64,000 bases of DNA from Eledone cirrhosa (lineage: Eukaryota): positions 363,072,001 to 363,136,000 of the forward strand of contig OZ024741.1 of NCBI GenBank assembly GCA_964016885.1, given 5' to 3'. This document shows, one piece after another, positions 47,444 to 60,100 of this stretch. Within the stretch, counting starts at the first letter, position 1. Each line of letters starts with the position of its first letter. A program made the translations under genes and the position numbers. The notes below the pieces were generated by a model. The model was given only the letters and a program-made list of their open reading frames with translations, was not told where the DNA came from and did no database searches.

Positions 47444-47899
47444 TTATCTTTTAAAATGCATACCACCATCGTTAATACGTTAACATTCCAAAAAGGCATT
47501 ACGCATACTAACGATTAGTCCGGCTGGCTGTTGAATCAATCAACTGTAACTTGTTCAGTGCAGTGTTTTCCTTTTTCAAGTTGAAGATATGTACTTAACA
47601 GGAAAGCTATTTTGTTTGACATTTAGAAATGTTTTTAATTATTCACTTAAATAACTGGATTTTAATTCTCAATTCGACAAATAATCTAGTTATGCTTTTT
47701 GTTTTTTTATACAGTTTCCATTGAAAAAGTGGGATTGTGATAATTACGAAGGAACCTCTTATTTTGTGTCACCGTTAGGTTGTGTACCGGAAGTTTAAAA
47801 CTTACCGATTGCGAAAAGGAATAATTACTGATAATGATGACACGTGAAAACTGTTTTATATTTGATTATTTCATTGAATATACTCCATAATTAATTAAA

Positions 47900-47909
47900 A
47901 TGACACTAC
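47900..47909 (+). CDS. Candidate first coding segment (ATG ACA CTA C) of the zinc-finger gene
   Basis: AAAATG context followed by a perfect GTAAGT donor. Phase 1 matches the acceptor at 56024. Upstream acceptor-like TTTTTTTATACAG at 47702-47714. Confidence 0.4.
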
Positions 47910-48589
47910 GTAAGTATGTTGGTCATATAATTATATTTACCATTATTTTTTTTCCGTCGAAGTGATGTTTTTCATTTATCAGTATCTTACTACCTCGTGC
48001 TTGAAATTAACAGGCCACATGCTTGATACACATTTCTTCCGAGATCGTACACATTTTTTGTTATTTTATCTTATTATTCTGTCTTGAATAGAATTACTGG
48101 CACTCATCGTAGTAGGCAAGAAAAACTTTCAGCAAATCAAGCTTGAATCGAAACCATTTCCTCTTCTAATTGCATTCTAAAAATGATACACGTCACAGCA
48201 TCACATATTCACCATTCAAATTTAGGTTAGTTAAAAAATAACACTATTTAAATTGAAATATAGGTAATCTTTCGTTTTAATATCACAGACAATTTCCAAT
48301 ACTTTCCATGGGTGGTAATGACATTTTAAAAAATTATACATAATCGTATACATATATCTCTGCAAAATATATATTAAGAACGTCGTTAGGTGAAGGTACT
48401 ATACTGTAGTTATGCATGGTAAATTTACAACAAAAAAACCCCTCAACCATTCGTTGGGAAATTATTCTTTTTCCTGCGTTTTCGACGAATCCAACCTCCA
48501 ATCCTTTGGAAAGTAACGATAAAATGGGAGGCATCAGATCATGTACAATGTTCGGCTATCTCTCTACTCACTTTTTTTTTTTTTTGAAG

Positions 48590-49508
48590 AGGCTATGTAG
48601 CCGATCTCGGTAAAATAGACTCCCAGGTTATTTAGCCGGTAAGAGTGTCAGACACCATCAGTTGCGGCCCGAGTTAAGATTTGAAATTTTTGCCACCATC
48701 AATTGTTAAAAAACAAGTTAAAATTATTTAGTCGTGATCTTAATGCTTACTAAAACTATATTTATGATAGTGCACATACTTAGATATGGAATGTTACGTG
48801 ATGCCCCCCCCCCCCACACACACACAGCCCCGGCGGACAGGATGGAGAAGCGTTTCCCTGGAGGACGAGCTGGAAAAGTCACTCCAACTCGCGGGGTTCA
48901 CACCTGCGGGTGGCCAGCTCAGCTCCTATGGTGGTGAGTAGCGAGCTAGCCCTAGAGCCGAGGACACCAGAAGTCTCCACTGCCAGGGGTACAACCGCAA
49001 ACCTGACGGAGAGCGACCGATATTTGAGGAGTTTGGCGTCCTCAGCAGAACTTGGGTTAGTCGCAGACTGCACCAGGTTGCGGCTGGAGAATGTGTCGGT
49101 CCAAGTGGCATCCCAGACGAGGGGTTTGCCATCTGGCCTTTTGCCGTGCCCTCGAGCTGGGAAGGGAAGCCCGCAGCGTCCAAGCCATGCTTTATGACTT
49201 CATAATTCTGCTTGTGTTTTGTCCATTCGTAACGTACGTTACGCTTTAGTTAAATACACACACATCTGCTGAGTTCCGTGGCTTAAGAATTTTAGCAGTC
49301 AAATATTTTCGAAATTAAGAATTTTCGCAGAAAGTCATGACCTGGGTTAAGGATAGTAGTCCCTACCTGGGTTCTGAAACAATATTTATTATTTAGTGGC
49401 AAAATAAGCATCCGGGACCCAGCTAGAGTTGTTTCCCTTTAGGGTGTACCGGTAAAATAAGCTTTAAAAGCATGTTTGTCTATTTTGCCGGGACTGGCTA
49501 CGTAGCCT
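48590..49508. mobile_element. TIR element (about 31-bp imperfect TIRs) containing a minus-strand CRE RLE fragment (48830-49200)
   Basis: AGGCTATGTAGCCGATCTCGGTAAAATAGAC versus GTCTATTTTGCCGGGACTGGCTACGTAGCCT. Internal AEDAKLLKY..PLAVETSGVLG..EPRELE. Confidence 0.7.
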
Positions 49509-49519
49509 ATTCCTTTTTT

Positions 49520-49940
49520 TTTTTCGTGTGCTATCAACCAATCTAACCTCCAAGATTCTGACAATCAACTTTTTTTCCTGGAGAACGGAAGGGGTGAGGT
49601 GCTCCCCTCCTCTTCGGAGTTTTCACTATGATTTTTTTTTGTTCGCGTAATCAGCGAATAGGACCTCCAAACCAGTCGGAAACAACTACATTTGTAGAAA
49701 AGAGGGCGTGTCAATCTGCAAAACTCCGATAGTCTTTCACCCTACTTTTTCTATAAATCTAGTCATTTCCATTGATAACACGCGAAAAACAAAGAAAACT
49801 GAGAGAGGGGGGGGGGGGCACCCTTCCGTGGAAAAAATCGATTACCAGAATCTTGGAGGTTAGATTAGTTGTTAGCACACGAAAAAGGAAAACTAGGGGA
49901 AAAAATTCTTTCCCACTGAAATAGAGTGGGGTGTTCTACA
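49520..49940. mobile_element. MITE with long inverted repeats; partial relatives at ~4290-4410 and ~14660-14750
   Basis: CGTGTGCTATCAACCAATCTAACCTCCAAGATTCTG versus CAGAATCTTGGAGGTTAGATTAGTTGTTAGCACACG. Confidence 0.65.
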
Positions 49941-49945
49941 AATTC

Positions 49946-49986
<41 letters not shown>

Positions 49987-52564
49987 ATGCAAAAAGTAAA
50001 CGGAAACAACACAGTACAAGAAATATATTAGTTTAGCGCTTGATTTAGTAGGAAAAGAGTTTTTACATTTCGGACACTAGTCCATCAGAAGATAGAATGA
50101 GGAATAAAAGATCAAGTAGAAATATAGAGAGTGGAAGAGGAAGGAACAGAAAAACATTTTTTTTATAAAAAGCACGTGTGTATTCAGTTAGCCATTCTGT
50201 ATGTATTTCTCGTATTTTTTAATTAAAATCTTTAATAGTAATTTGGCTTTGGCAGCAATTTTGTAACATCACAGATACTAGTTTATTATACTGGTAAAAA
50301 ATAACATTTTTTGCTTTGTCAGAGATGGAATTACCTCTTTTAAATAAGTTTTGGGTTTTTGTTTCTAAATCTTTCCTTGGTTGAACATTAATATCATCGG
50401 TCTTAGAGGGCCTAGGAAATAGGGGGTGGGGTTAAAATGATGAATAACCTGCTATCTCCTTGTAAATCTTCGCATTTGGAGGGGGGTGATAAACTAACAA
50501 TTTATTTCTGAAAACTTCTTTACTGAGTGATTCATTTAATCCATTAACCGATAGGAATGTGACAGACATTCACAAGGAGAAAGTAATTTCTTCCAGAAAG
50601 ATTTTATTGATTTTCATTTCCTTTCAGTTTCATTTGTCTTCATTTAATATACGTTAAGCGAAACATTCCTTCATCTTTAATATATGCCAATTGGCATCGA
50701 TTTTATAAATACTTAAGGTGTGTTTAATCACTGATTAAATCTTATTTTAAGTTGCAAAATAAGTGGAGTTGATCAAATAAAAAGGATTAACGTCCTCGTC
50801 AGCCAGTCCCTAGCAATGCAATTTCGATACATCATATATTTATATATATCACCATCATTTAACATTGTGGACACAGTTAACTGCAATTTTCCAATTAAAG
50901 GGAATAGGTAATTCATATTAGTAGAGTTTTTGGTCTAAAGAGGTTATTTTCCTGTTTATCTAATTTTACATTATAGAAGCAGCAATTTTAGGGTGGTATT
51001 GTACTTATTTGACAAACAACTATTTCTAATAGATTAAGCAACTGTGTAAAGACTCCTTTATTGCCTCCTCATATATTAGAGTTGACATATGTTAACCCTC
51101 TTTGTGCTGTGGGCAACAGAAGCCACCAATAGAATAATCTCCCCTTAATACATAATACAGTGTCAAGGGAAGCAATTCATGAAATAATTCAGCCTCCTAA
51201 AGATTAATGAGAATAAGAATGGTGGATTCTGGAGAATGTCGATGTGCACTGCCAAATCAAGAGATTGTGGATTTTTAGTACATTTGACAGGATTCTTTGT
51301 CAATAAGGTTAATACGCGGTATTTTCTCAGTTTGTAGAGGTAACCTTTACAACCATATAAAAATAAAAGAAATTAATCATACTGGCACCTAAAAAGTACA
51401 TTTATTTCTGCAGGACTTGACTCCTTTGGGGCCAAGGATCTGGCATTACTTTGATAAAGGCAACACAAGCTAAGTGTATATTCTTGTTAATCTTCTTGGT
51501 GAAAGGAGAGCTTAAGGAAACACACTGGACATCATTAACTGTGAGGAGGCATATTTGTTCACATTCTGTGTGGTTTGTTTAGCTTGAAATTTGAAATTGA
51601 AAAATTCTATTAGATATTATAATCATTAATTTGAAATAGAAAGGAGCAACGGGTCTGCTGATATACTTTGGACCACATATCACTTGTTAGGCAATGGTGT
51701 TGCCAATTGCTGTACGGAACACTTGCCAATCTCTCAAATCAAATTAGGAACTATCATTTTATTCTATTTCAGTTTAATCTCTACGTGATAATTTGTCAGT
51801 CCCTTAGCGCTAGCAGGATAAGTTATACCACTAAAGTTCAACATAGTGAGATTGCCTATATTAACCTTTTAGCATTTAAATTGGCTGTATCTAGCCGGAA
51901 TTCTTTTCCCTTTTTGAAACTGGCCATAACCAGCAGTTCACACTGATGTTAAGATATCATTCTTAAAATAAATAATAGAGAATAAAGAATCGAATTATGA
52001 ATTAACTTCAGTTCATCACCATAAGTCCCTTTCCCATGTTGGCTTGGTTGTCATGATCTTAGACTGAACAATAAATGCATGTAGCCTAGTGGATTTGCAA
52101 CACATTGTGACTTTGAGCAAGCTGCTTCATTTTACATTGCTCCAGCTGAAACAAAATGAGTACTAAGAGCAACACACTGGTATCTGGTCCAGTGTAGAAT
52201 TTTTTCATGATACAACTAGAGTCCCTGTCATTAAAACACCTGCAAAATCACCTGCATTAGGTGTGAGTTGTAATAACAGACTAGACGGGCTGGATGTCCT
52301 TCCTAATGCCAACCTCTTTACAGAGTGCATTGGGTGCATAAAAGATATAAATTGCTTAATTTGACAAGAGTACATTTCAAATACTCTAGTGTAATCAATA
52401 ATGCAATAGATATATCTGCTGAAGTGAATCTTTTGCTCTCGTCTGTTTAAAATAGCTGTTTGTATTGACCAATATCATTTATATTTCTAAATGGAAAACA
52501 CTGAGTTTTCAAATAATTTTGAAACTAAAGAATTTGGTGGGATTTGGTAACTAACTAACATTCT

Positions 52565-54659
52565 CAAATACTAGAACTCTCATAAGGACTTTAAGGCAAC
52601 AAGAAGCTGACCATCGATCCAATACTCCTGCAGAACCTTCCACAATAATACAAAAGTAAAGCAGTCATATTCCTTTCAAGGTCCACAAAACAAGTATACA
52701 CTTCTTGGCAATACTCTCATGATTTCTCAAAGACCTGCTACAGTGAAAATTTGATTGACTGTGTTGCATCTGGGATATAAACCACACTGTTCGTCAGTCA
52801 GCTTGGACTTGACAATATCCTACATCTCTTTGCCAGACAATTAACATAAACTTTACTAGGGAGGCTTAACAAGGAGATTCCTCTATAATTAGAGCAATCT
52901 CTCTTCTCCGTTTTTGAAAATTGGGATTATCTCTCTCATTTCCCATTGAGATCTGGAGGCACGTGGCTTAGTGGTTAGAGTATTGGCTTTACAATCGAAA
53001 GGTTGTGAGTTCAATTCTCAGACCGGGTGATGTGTTGTGTCTTTGAGCAAGACACTTTATTTCACATTGCTCCAGTTTACTCAGCTGTAGAAATGAGATG
53101 ATAGGGACTGGGGTTCTTATCATTCCACTGCAAAGTGGTCGTGGAGGTGCCACGGCAAAAACCACCCAGCACTCACTGTAAATGAGTTTTGTGTTAGGAA
53201 GGGCATCCAGCTGTAGAAATCAAGCCAGAATCAGTTCCCGTCCCACCCTTGCAAGCAGGGAAAAAGCGGACGTAAAATGAAATGATGATGATGGTGATCC
53301 TGGCTATCAGCATGACCACCTTACAAAGTAACTAGATGCTTTTTGTTGTATCACCAACATAACCAATTTACAGAGATCTGGGCCATGAAGCACACATGAG
53401 TCAAACAGAATACTTCTATGTAAGGCATTTAACAGCTCAGGTTGAATTTCAGCCTCCCCAGAGACTTTGTCACATTTCAGTGTTTCAGTTGCTCTAGTGG
53501 CCTCAGCCTCCACAAGTTTAGTCTTAGCCCCTAGATGCACCACATGTATATCAAATGTTGTGACCAGATTTAGGAGATCAACAAAGTATTCTCTCCATCT
53601 CATGAGGATACACTTGTAGGTAACACGGTAAAAAGTTCCCAGTTCCACACTGTAAATGTGATTGGTGTTAGGAAGGGCATCCAGCCGTAGAAAACCTGCC
53701 AGACAGTCCTATATGAGCGAGACACTGTCACCCAACCAACCTTGCCTCAAGTGGGACAACTCTCGTCTAACCCATGCTAGTGTGGAAAGTGGACGTTAAA
53801 CGAAGATGATGATGATGATGAAACCATTCAGTGTGGGTGTTGGACTCCACCAGGGGTGCATACTGTCACCTCTTCTGTTCATGAACAGGATTGACATGCA
53901 CAGCCAAGTTGGAAGTGGTATCAAGACTGGCAGGTGTAGGATCAATCAGCTGGAATTTTCAGATGGCATGGTACTACTTAACTCATTGGAAGGTGATCTC
54001 CAACATGCACTGGATAGGTTTGTTGCCAGGTGCTACATGGTAGGAATGAAAATCAGTGTTGCAAAATCTGTGACATTTGTCCTCTCAAGAAAGCCTATAT
54101 AATGCACTTGTATATAAATGGAGCCCCTGAAACAGATGGAGAAGTTCAAGCATCTCAGGGCCATTTTCATAAGTGATTGAAGGCAAGAATTGCAGGAGAA
54201 AGGAAGTAGGTATGAAAGCCAAACTTGCTATCTTTATTCCGACCCTTACCTATGGTTATGAATCTTGCGTAATGACCAAAAGAATACCATCCCGAATACA
54301 AACAGCTGAAATGGGGTTTCCTTCGGAGCGTCTTTGAAGTTATGTTACTGGATATAGTGCGTAGCTCGGAGATCAGAGAGTTGCTCCACTACTTCTTAGA
54401 ATTGAGAAATTACAGATCCAATACTACAGACATAGGGTAAGAATATCTAAGGAAAAAATCACTGGATAGATTTTATGGGCAAAGCCAACAGGTAGATCAT
54501 GAGTAAGATGGTTGAATAACATCCATGAGCTCAATTGGTCTCGCTTGGGGATTCAGCCAGATCAGTTGGAGACTGTTCTTTCTGACAAAACCCAATTGAA
54601 GGCGTGCTTGATGAATCTATCCCCACAACCCTCCCAAGAATAAGTGGGCAAAGAAGAAT
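52565..54659. mobile_element. RTE-like LINE with inverted 5' half, two nested SINE insertions and TSD TAACATTCT
   Basis: Minus strand 53640->52565: RWREYF..NYRGISLLS..CFVDLE. Plus strand 53821->54659: FSVGVGLHQG..to the 3' end. TAACATTCT at 52556-52564 and 54660-54668. Confidence 0.75.
52955..53296 (+). mobile_element. tRNA-derived SINE(s) with (TGA)n tail
   Basis: TGGCTTAGTGG A box and GAGTTCAATTC B box. The TTAGGAAGGGCATCCAGC tail is shared with 53645-53820, ~54880-55048 and ~58380-58535. Confidence 0.75.
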
Positions 54660-55328
54660 TAACATTCTTATTATTAAGCTGTTGTTTGAAACAACTTAAA
54701 AGTTCTTACATAAAAGCTTTTTAGATAAATATAAACAGCACCCAGTCCACCCTGTAAGGTGGTCATGCTAGTGACATGATGAAAAAGTACCCAGTCCAAC
54801 CTGTGAAGTGTTGGTGATACAATGAAAAAAATACCCAGTCCAACCTGTCAGTTGGTCGTTTTGGGGTCACAAAAGCATCCAGTCCACACTATAAATGTAG
54901 TTGGCGTTAGGAAAGGCATTCAGCCATAGAAACCAAGCCAGAAACAGTACTGTATGAGCAAGACAGTCATCTGTTCTGACTTGTTTCACAATGTGACAAC
55001 TCGTCTAGCCCATGCTAGCATGGAAATGGATGTTAAATGATGATGATGGCAGTTTGGTTTAAAAAGAGTTAAAATTATGCCAGTTGATTCATGAAAATTA
55101 ATGATTTGAATAGCACAAATTTTGAAATCAAAATACAAGAAATGTTGGAATTTATTTTCAATTTGCTCTCTTTCATCGCTTCCATTTATATTTATTTATT
55201 TTTATTTTTTCATTACCATATTTCTAATGAAAGATACTACCTGTGATTTTTAAATAAAATAGTTTTGTGGGTTAGGAAAGAGCTTCAAAATAAGATTTTT
55301 CTTTAAAGCAATTTAAATTCATCGTTAA

Positions 55329-55636
55329 CCCTTTTGATACTGACCTGGTTTTCATTATATGTAACAAAACATTTTAAAAGGATCCTATTAAATCTAACAA
55401 TTTTATATAAAACCAATTGTTAATTTACTATTTTAGTAATGAAATATTTAATACATTTAGTAAATTCCTAAAAATTCTTAATTAAAATAGTGTATTTCAT
55501 GAGAAATACATTCACAAAAATTGGTGTTTGAAATGTAACTTAGCAAGATTTTCTTGCAAAAATTATGATGAAATGTCTAAATTTGAATATGGATATTTTA
55601 ACTGCTGTGTTTTCAGATCGTTTGGTATCAAATGGG
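55329..55636. mobile_element. piggyBac-type MITE, TTAA TSD
   Basis: TTAA-CCCTTTTGATAC..GTATCAAATGGG-TTAA. Relatives at ~58608-58799 and ~61967-62201. Confidence 0.7.
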
Positions 55637-55755
55637 TTAAAACATTTTGGGTTATTTCATGTTTTTTATAACATTGTGAAAATATACATGATTCATCTAG
55701 TCAAATCTTTACTCTCTTCATAAACTCCAATGTAAAATCTATTTTTGTTACTTAA

Positions 55756-55975
55756 CCCTTTAGCATTTAAACCGGCCATATCTGGCCAGAATTTCTCACC
55801 TCTTTCTGTTCAAACCGGTTGTAACCGGCTACTTATACAGACGTTAGGGTATTGTTCTCAAAATAAATAATATCAACATCTCATAGATTCAATATTATGG
55901 GAGATAATTATGTGACATAAAGCCTTTACTACGAAAATACAATAGTATATAGAGAGTAATATGAATGCTAAAGGG
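55756..55975. mobile_element. piggyBac-type MITE, TTAA TSD
   Basis: TTAA-CCCTTTAGCATT..AATGCTAAAGGG-TTAA. Confidence 0.8.
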
Positions 55976-56024
55976 TTAAATTATTAGATTTAGCATAAAA
56001 TTGTTATCTGTTGTTCTTTTCCAG

Positions 56025-57115
56025 GATCATTCCCAAATAACATGCCAAATTTCTTGAATAATTATGTTGGTCCCTACCCGATTCACCAGCTGGTCTCTGC
56101 TCAAAGGACACTCATCTATGGTTTCAACAATAGGGATTCAAAAATATTTGATCGTCTTTATAAAATAATGCTCAGGGAAAATTGCAGCTTAAATGCACCA
56201 CAGAATAAGACTGGTTCTTCTGGTGGATTTGAAAACTCTTTCATTAGTTCCTCTCAAGTAGAGCAGCTGGATGATGAAGAAGAGGAGGATGATTCTCTAT
56301 CGATTAACATTAAGACTAAGAATGCAAATGCCAAAAAAACTAAGTCTAAGCTTTTAGAAAACAAAAATCTACAAACAGAAAATTCCAAACTCATTTTCTG
56401 CTATAAATGTGACTATTGTGATTTTGTCTGTGAGACCAACATTAAGGCATTGCAACATTTAAAAAATGAGATGCATAAAAGTTGTAGTAAATGTCAAGGA
56501 GTGTTTCACAAAAGGAAAATCAAAGCTAACTGTATTGTAAGTGAGCTGGCTATTCAATATGAAAAGAAAGAGTTCTACTCTAAAATAGCTACTTGTCCAA
56601 AATGTTGTCATGTGTTCCCCGATATATATACATGTTCTAATCATTATAAACTATTGCACAATGAAAAGGTTGCACCTTGCTTTGGGCTCTCTGAGGTAAT
56701 TAGTTTCAAAAAGGTTGTGATTCCTGGGGACAGTGTTTGCCAAAAATGTGGCCTAGCTTGTTTAAAACAAAAGACCCTTAATGCACATTATAGCCAGTGT
56801 CAACACTATCCATTTGACATGCCAGTCTCCTCACATATACGTCTGCTTTTCACATGCTCCTTTTGCCAAAAAGACTTCTATGCATTTCTACTTGCCAAAG
56901 CACATATCCTAGATCACGGCTTGACACATCCTTCTATGTCATATACCCTAAACCTAACTTACTACAAAGTCTGTGAGCCTAAAGTAATTTTGCTCCCCTT
57001 AATGGGAAATAACAAAACAGACAAACATGCTAAAACAAAGAAACAAAAATCAAAAGTAAAAATCAAAAAGAAAAAGAAAAAGAATCAAAAAGAGAAAAAA
57101 TTAAAATTAAGTTAG
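56025..57115 (+). CDS. Terminal exon of a host multi-C2H2 zinc-finger protein with an acidic patch and Lys-rich tail
   Basis: Open ~363 codons with four Cx2C..H..H fingers (CDYC, CPKC, CQKC, CSFC). Acceptor TTCTTTTCCAG ends at 56024; AATAAA at ~57175. Orthology not recognised. Confidence 0.8.
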
Positions 57116-60100
57116 ATTATATAACACTGAAGGTGTGATTTGAAATTGTGGCATTCAGAACATTTCAGTGAGACAATAAAAACTGTCTAATTGCATTGTG
57201 GTATTTCTTTTCTTTTAGCAAAACAAACTGAACACAAAAATTGCATTGGATTTTTATGTAAATTATTTACTTGGCTTGATATTAATGGTGAAGCATTAGA
57301 TTAAATGCTTTGAGTTATTCATTCTGGCTCTCTGTTCAAATCGTGTCGAGATCAACTTAGCTTTTTGTCCTTTCGGTGACAGTGGTTTGGCAGAATTGTT
57401 AGGGCATTGAATTAAATGACTTGTGGTATTTGTTCTGGCCTTGAGTTCATGAGTTCAAATTCTGCTGCCTCAGGTCAACATTTGTTTAAGAAGTTTGATT
57501 CCACTGCATGGCATCTTGGGTGGGTGTCATCTGCCATAGCCAGAAGAAGACCTAAAGGTTTAATTCCAGTTTGTAGGATGAAAAATGCATCAAACTCTAC
57601 TTGTTCTTGGGTAGTTGACTAAATCTGGTGTCTAGTTTAACAGCACTCACTACCAGGCACTTAGTGGAATCCAGTTTGCTACAAAATGTCATGGGCACTG
57701 TCTTTTTTTAAATCATTTTAAAAAAATATGTTGCACTTTAATATCATAAGATAATTTCATTGTAAATCCAACTACAGAAGACCATGCAACATTCTCTTAG
57801 CAGGTTATGAGCTGTGTGTAACCACAACATCATGTAATGATTTTTTTTAACACTGGCACAAGGCCAGAAATTTGGGAGGATGGGGAAAGTCGATCGTATT
57901 GACCTGAGTATTTAACTGGTACTTTATTTTATCAATTCCTGAAGGATAAAAAGCAAAGTTGACCATGGCAGTATTTGAACTCAGAATGTTTAAAGTCGTC
58001 ACTAAATAGCACAAAGCATTTTGACATGCTTCCAATCCACTGCCCTCAACTTTATGTAATAATAATAAAAGATGTCTACCCCTATTTCATCCATACAATT
58101 TTTTCTCTTGATACTAGCTGGACTTCAATTATTAACAAGCAAAACCAGAGTTTAGTTCTGGCTTAACACATGTAAAATAGGAACATTTCTGATAAATTGT
58201 CAATTTATCAGAAATGTTCCATATTAAACACTTCTAGTTAGTGCTCTCTGGAATTTTCTCCTTTTTTTCTGTAGAGTGGTTAGCAATTTAATGGAGACAA
58301 TATAGGGTAGAGAAGACTCTTCAGTCTTGCCAAATATGTGACAAACTCTCCAGTGCTGGTACTATGATAAAATTCACCTAGTACACTCTGTAAAGTGGTT
58401 GACGTTAGAAAGGGCACCCAACTGTAGAAACCAGGACAAAATATGGAACATACGAGCAAAACATAGTTCTCTGACTGATCATGAGAAACTGTCTAACTTA
58501 TGATGGCATAGAAAACAGGTGTAAAATGATAATGATTGCCCTATAGATATTCAAACTGAACATCAACCACATTAATCTCCCTGAACTGAGAAGATCTGTC
58601 ATTGATATTAACCCTTTCGTGACTGCATTTCTAATGAAGGATTTAAGGATTTTTTAAAATTGTTAACTAGTTCATTACTGAGATAGTAACTTAATGTAAG
58701 TTTCTTATATATTGTAAGATTTTAATATAAATTGGAAACTTTTAAAATAGGTGACTTAATTTCATAGAACCAGAGCCAGGTTGGTAACAAAATGGTTAAC
58801 ATCAGAAAGAAATTGAGTAACCACAGATTTTATCATTTAACCCTTTCACTATATTTCTAATGAAAGTCACTTTCTCCTTATTAAGTTGTGATTTAAAACA
58901 ATTCTTAGCAAAGGTTCTTACATAAAATATGATAGACTGTTTATAATACAAACAGTTTAATATCATAGTACCAGGGGCAGTTTGGTTAAACTACTGTGGA
59001 AAGGAAACACCATGGATCTTCACAGGAATGGTCTTGTCATGCCAGTGAATGGACATTTACATGGGAGCTTGACATACTAGAAAATAGTGGCCACTAAATC
59101 TCCCTCAAATTACATTCTACTGTCCTGAAAAGGGAGAGGCGTATTCAATAATGTCTTAGATACATAGTGATCATAGCTCTGTTGGGGCTAAACAACAACA
59201 GAAACAATCTATGGAAGCTTATAAAGATGCCAAATATTTAAGAGCAGAATTAATAACTTGGGAGTATTGTGAGAAAAAAATGGAGTTGTTACAATAGACC
59301 ATTTCTTAGCCTGACAACTAGAAGGAATTGAAGACTTAGAACTGCAGAAATATTGCTCTCCGGGTGCTTTTCTGTTAGTGTAAGTGTGTGAATATGTTTC
59401 GCAATGTATCTAGCAATGTATTAAAAGGGAAAATTACATTTTTTACATGCAAATAATATGAACTTCCACCAATATATTTCATTTTGCAGTTTAATTTAAT
59501 ACAATGAAATTTATTCTCTACAAAATGGTGACCCTCAACTTAAGTGAAGATAGGATATGAACCAGTAATAAGCAGAGGCACCTTCGATGAGATTTGAACT
59601 CATACTGATTTTAGTATAATAGCTTTTTTTTTTATCAAATCTTGGATACTCCATTTGCTTCTATTCAAGGAACCTGCTGTGTAGCAAATAGATTATAATT
59701 AAAAAGGTGAAATTTCTTTATGACAGGTGAATGATACAAACACACAACATATTTGATTTGCAGTTTATTTACTTTAATAACATGAGTACAAGTTGCCGAT
59801 GCCAGAAAGCCATGTGGACACATGCACAGAAATTTGCATTTATTATAGCAGATATGTTTTTATACAAAGAAACAAACAAACTTATACTAGTAGAGTGCTG
59901 CCCCTAACATGCTTATGAAACATAAGCATGGTTTGTATGGATTCAAGAATAAATGTAGGTAGTGTATTGAACAAATATCAGTTTAGGCAACAATCTGCCT
60001 AAAAAGATTTTACACTGATGTGCTCACTCCAACAACAAAAGTAATTAAAATTACATGTAGATACATTGACTTTCTCCATTCAGGAAATAAATCATTTGAG

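Noticed and set aside
50785-50805. Minus-strand CTGACGAGGA..TCC as a hammerhead core
   Set aside because: No GAAA or stem I follows.
52955-53030. tRNA gene
   Set aside because: It has A/B boxes but no clean cloverleaf, and it continues into a repeated SINE body.
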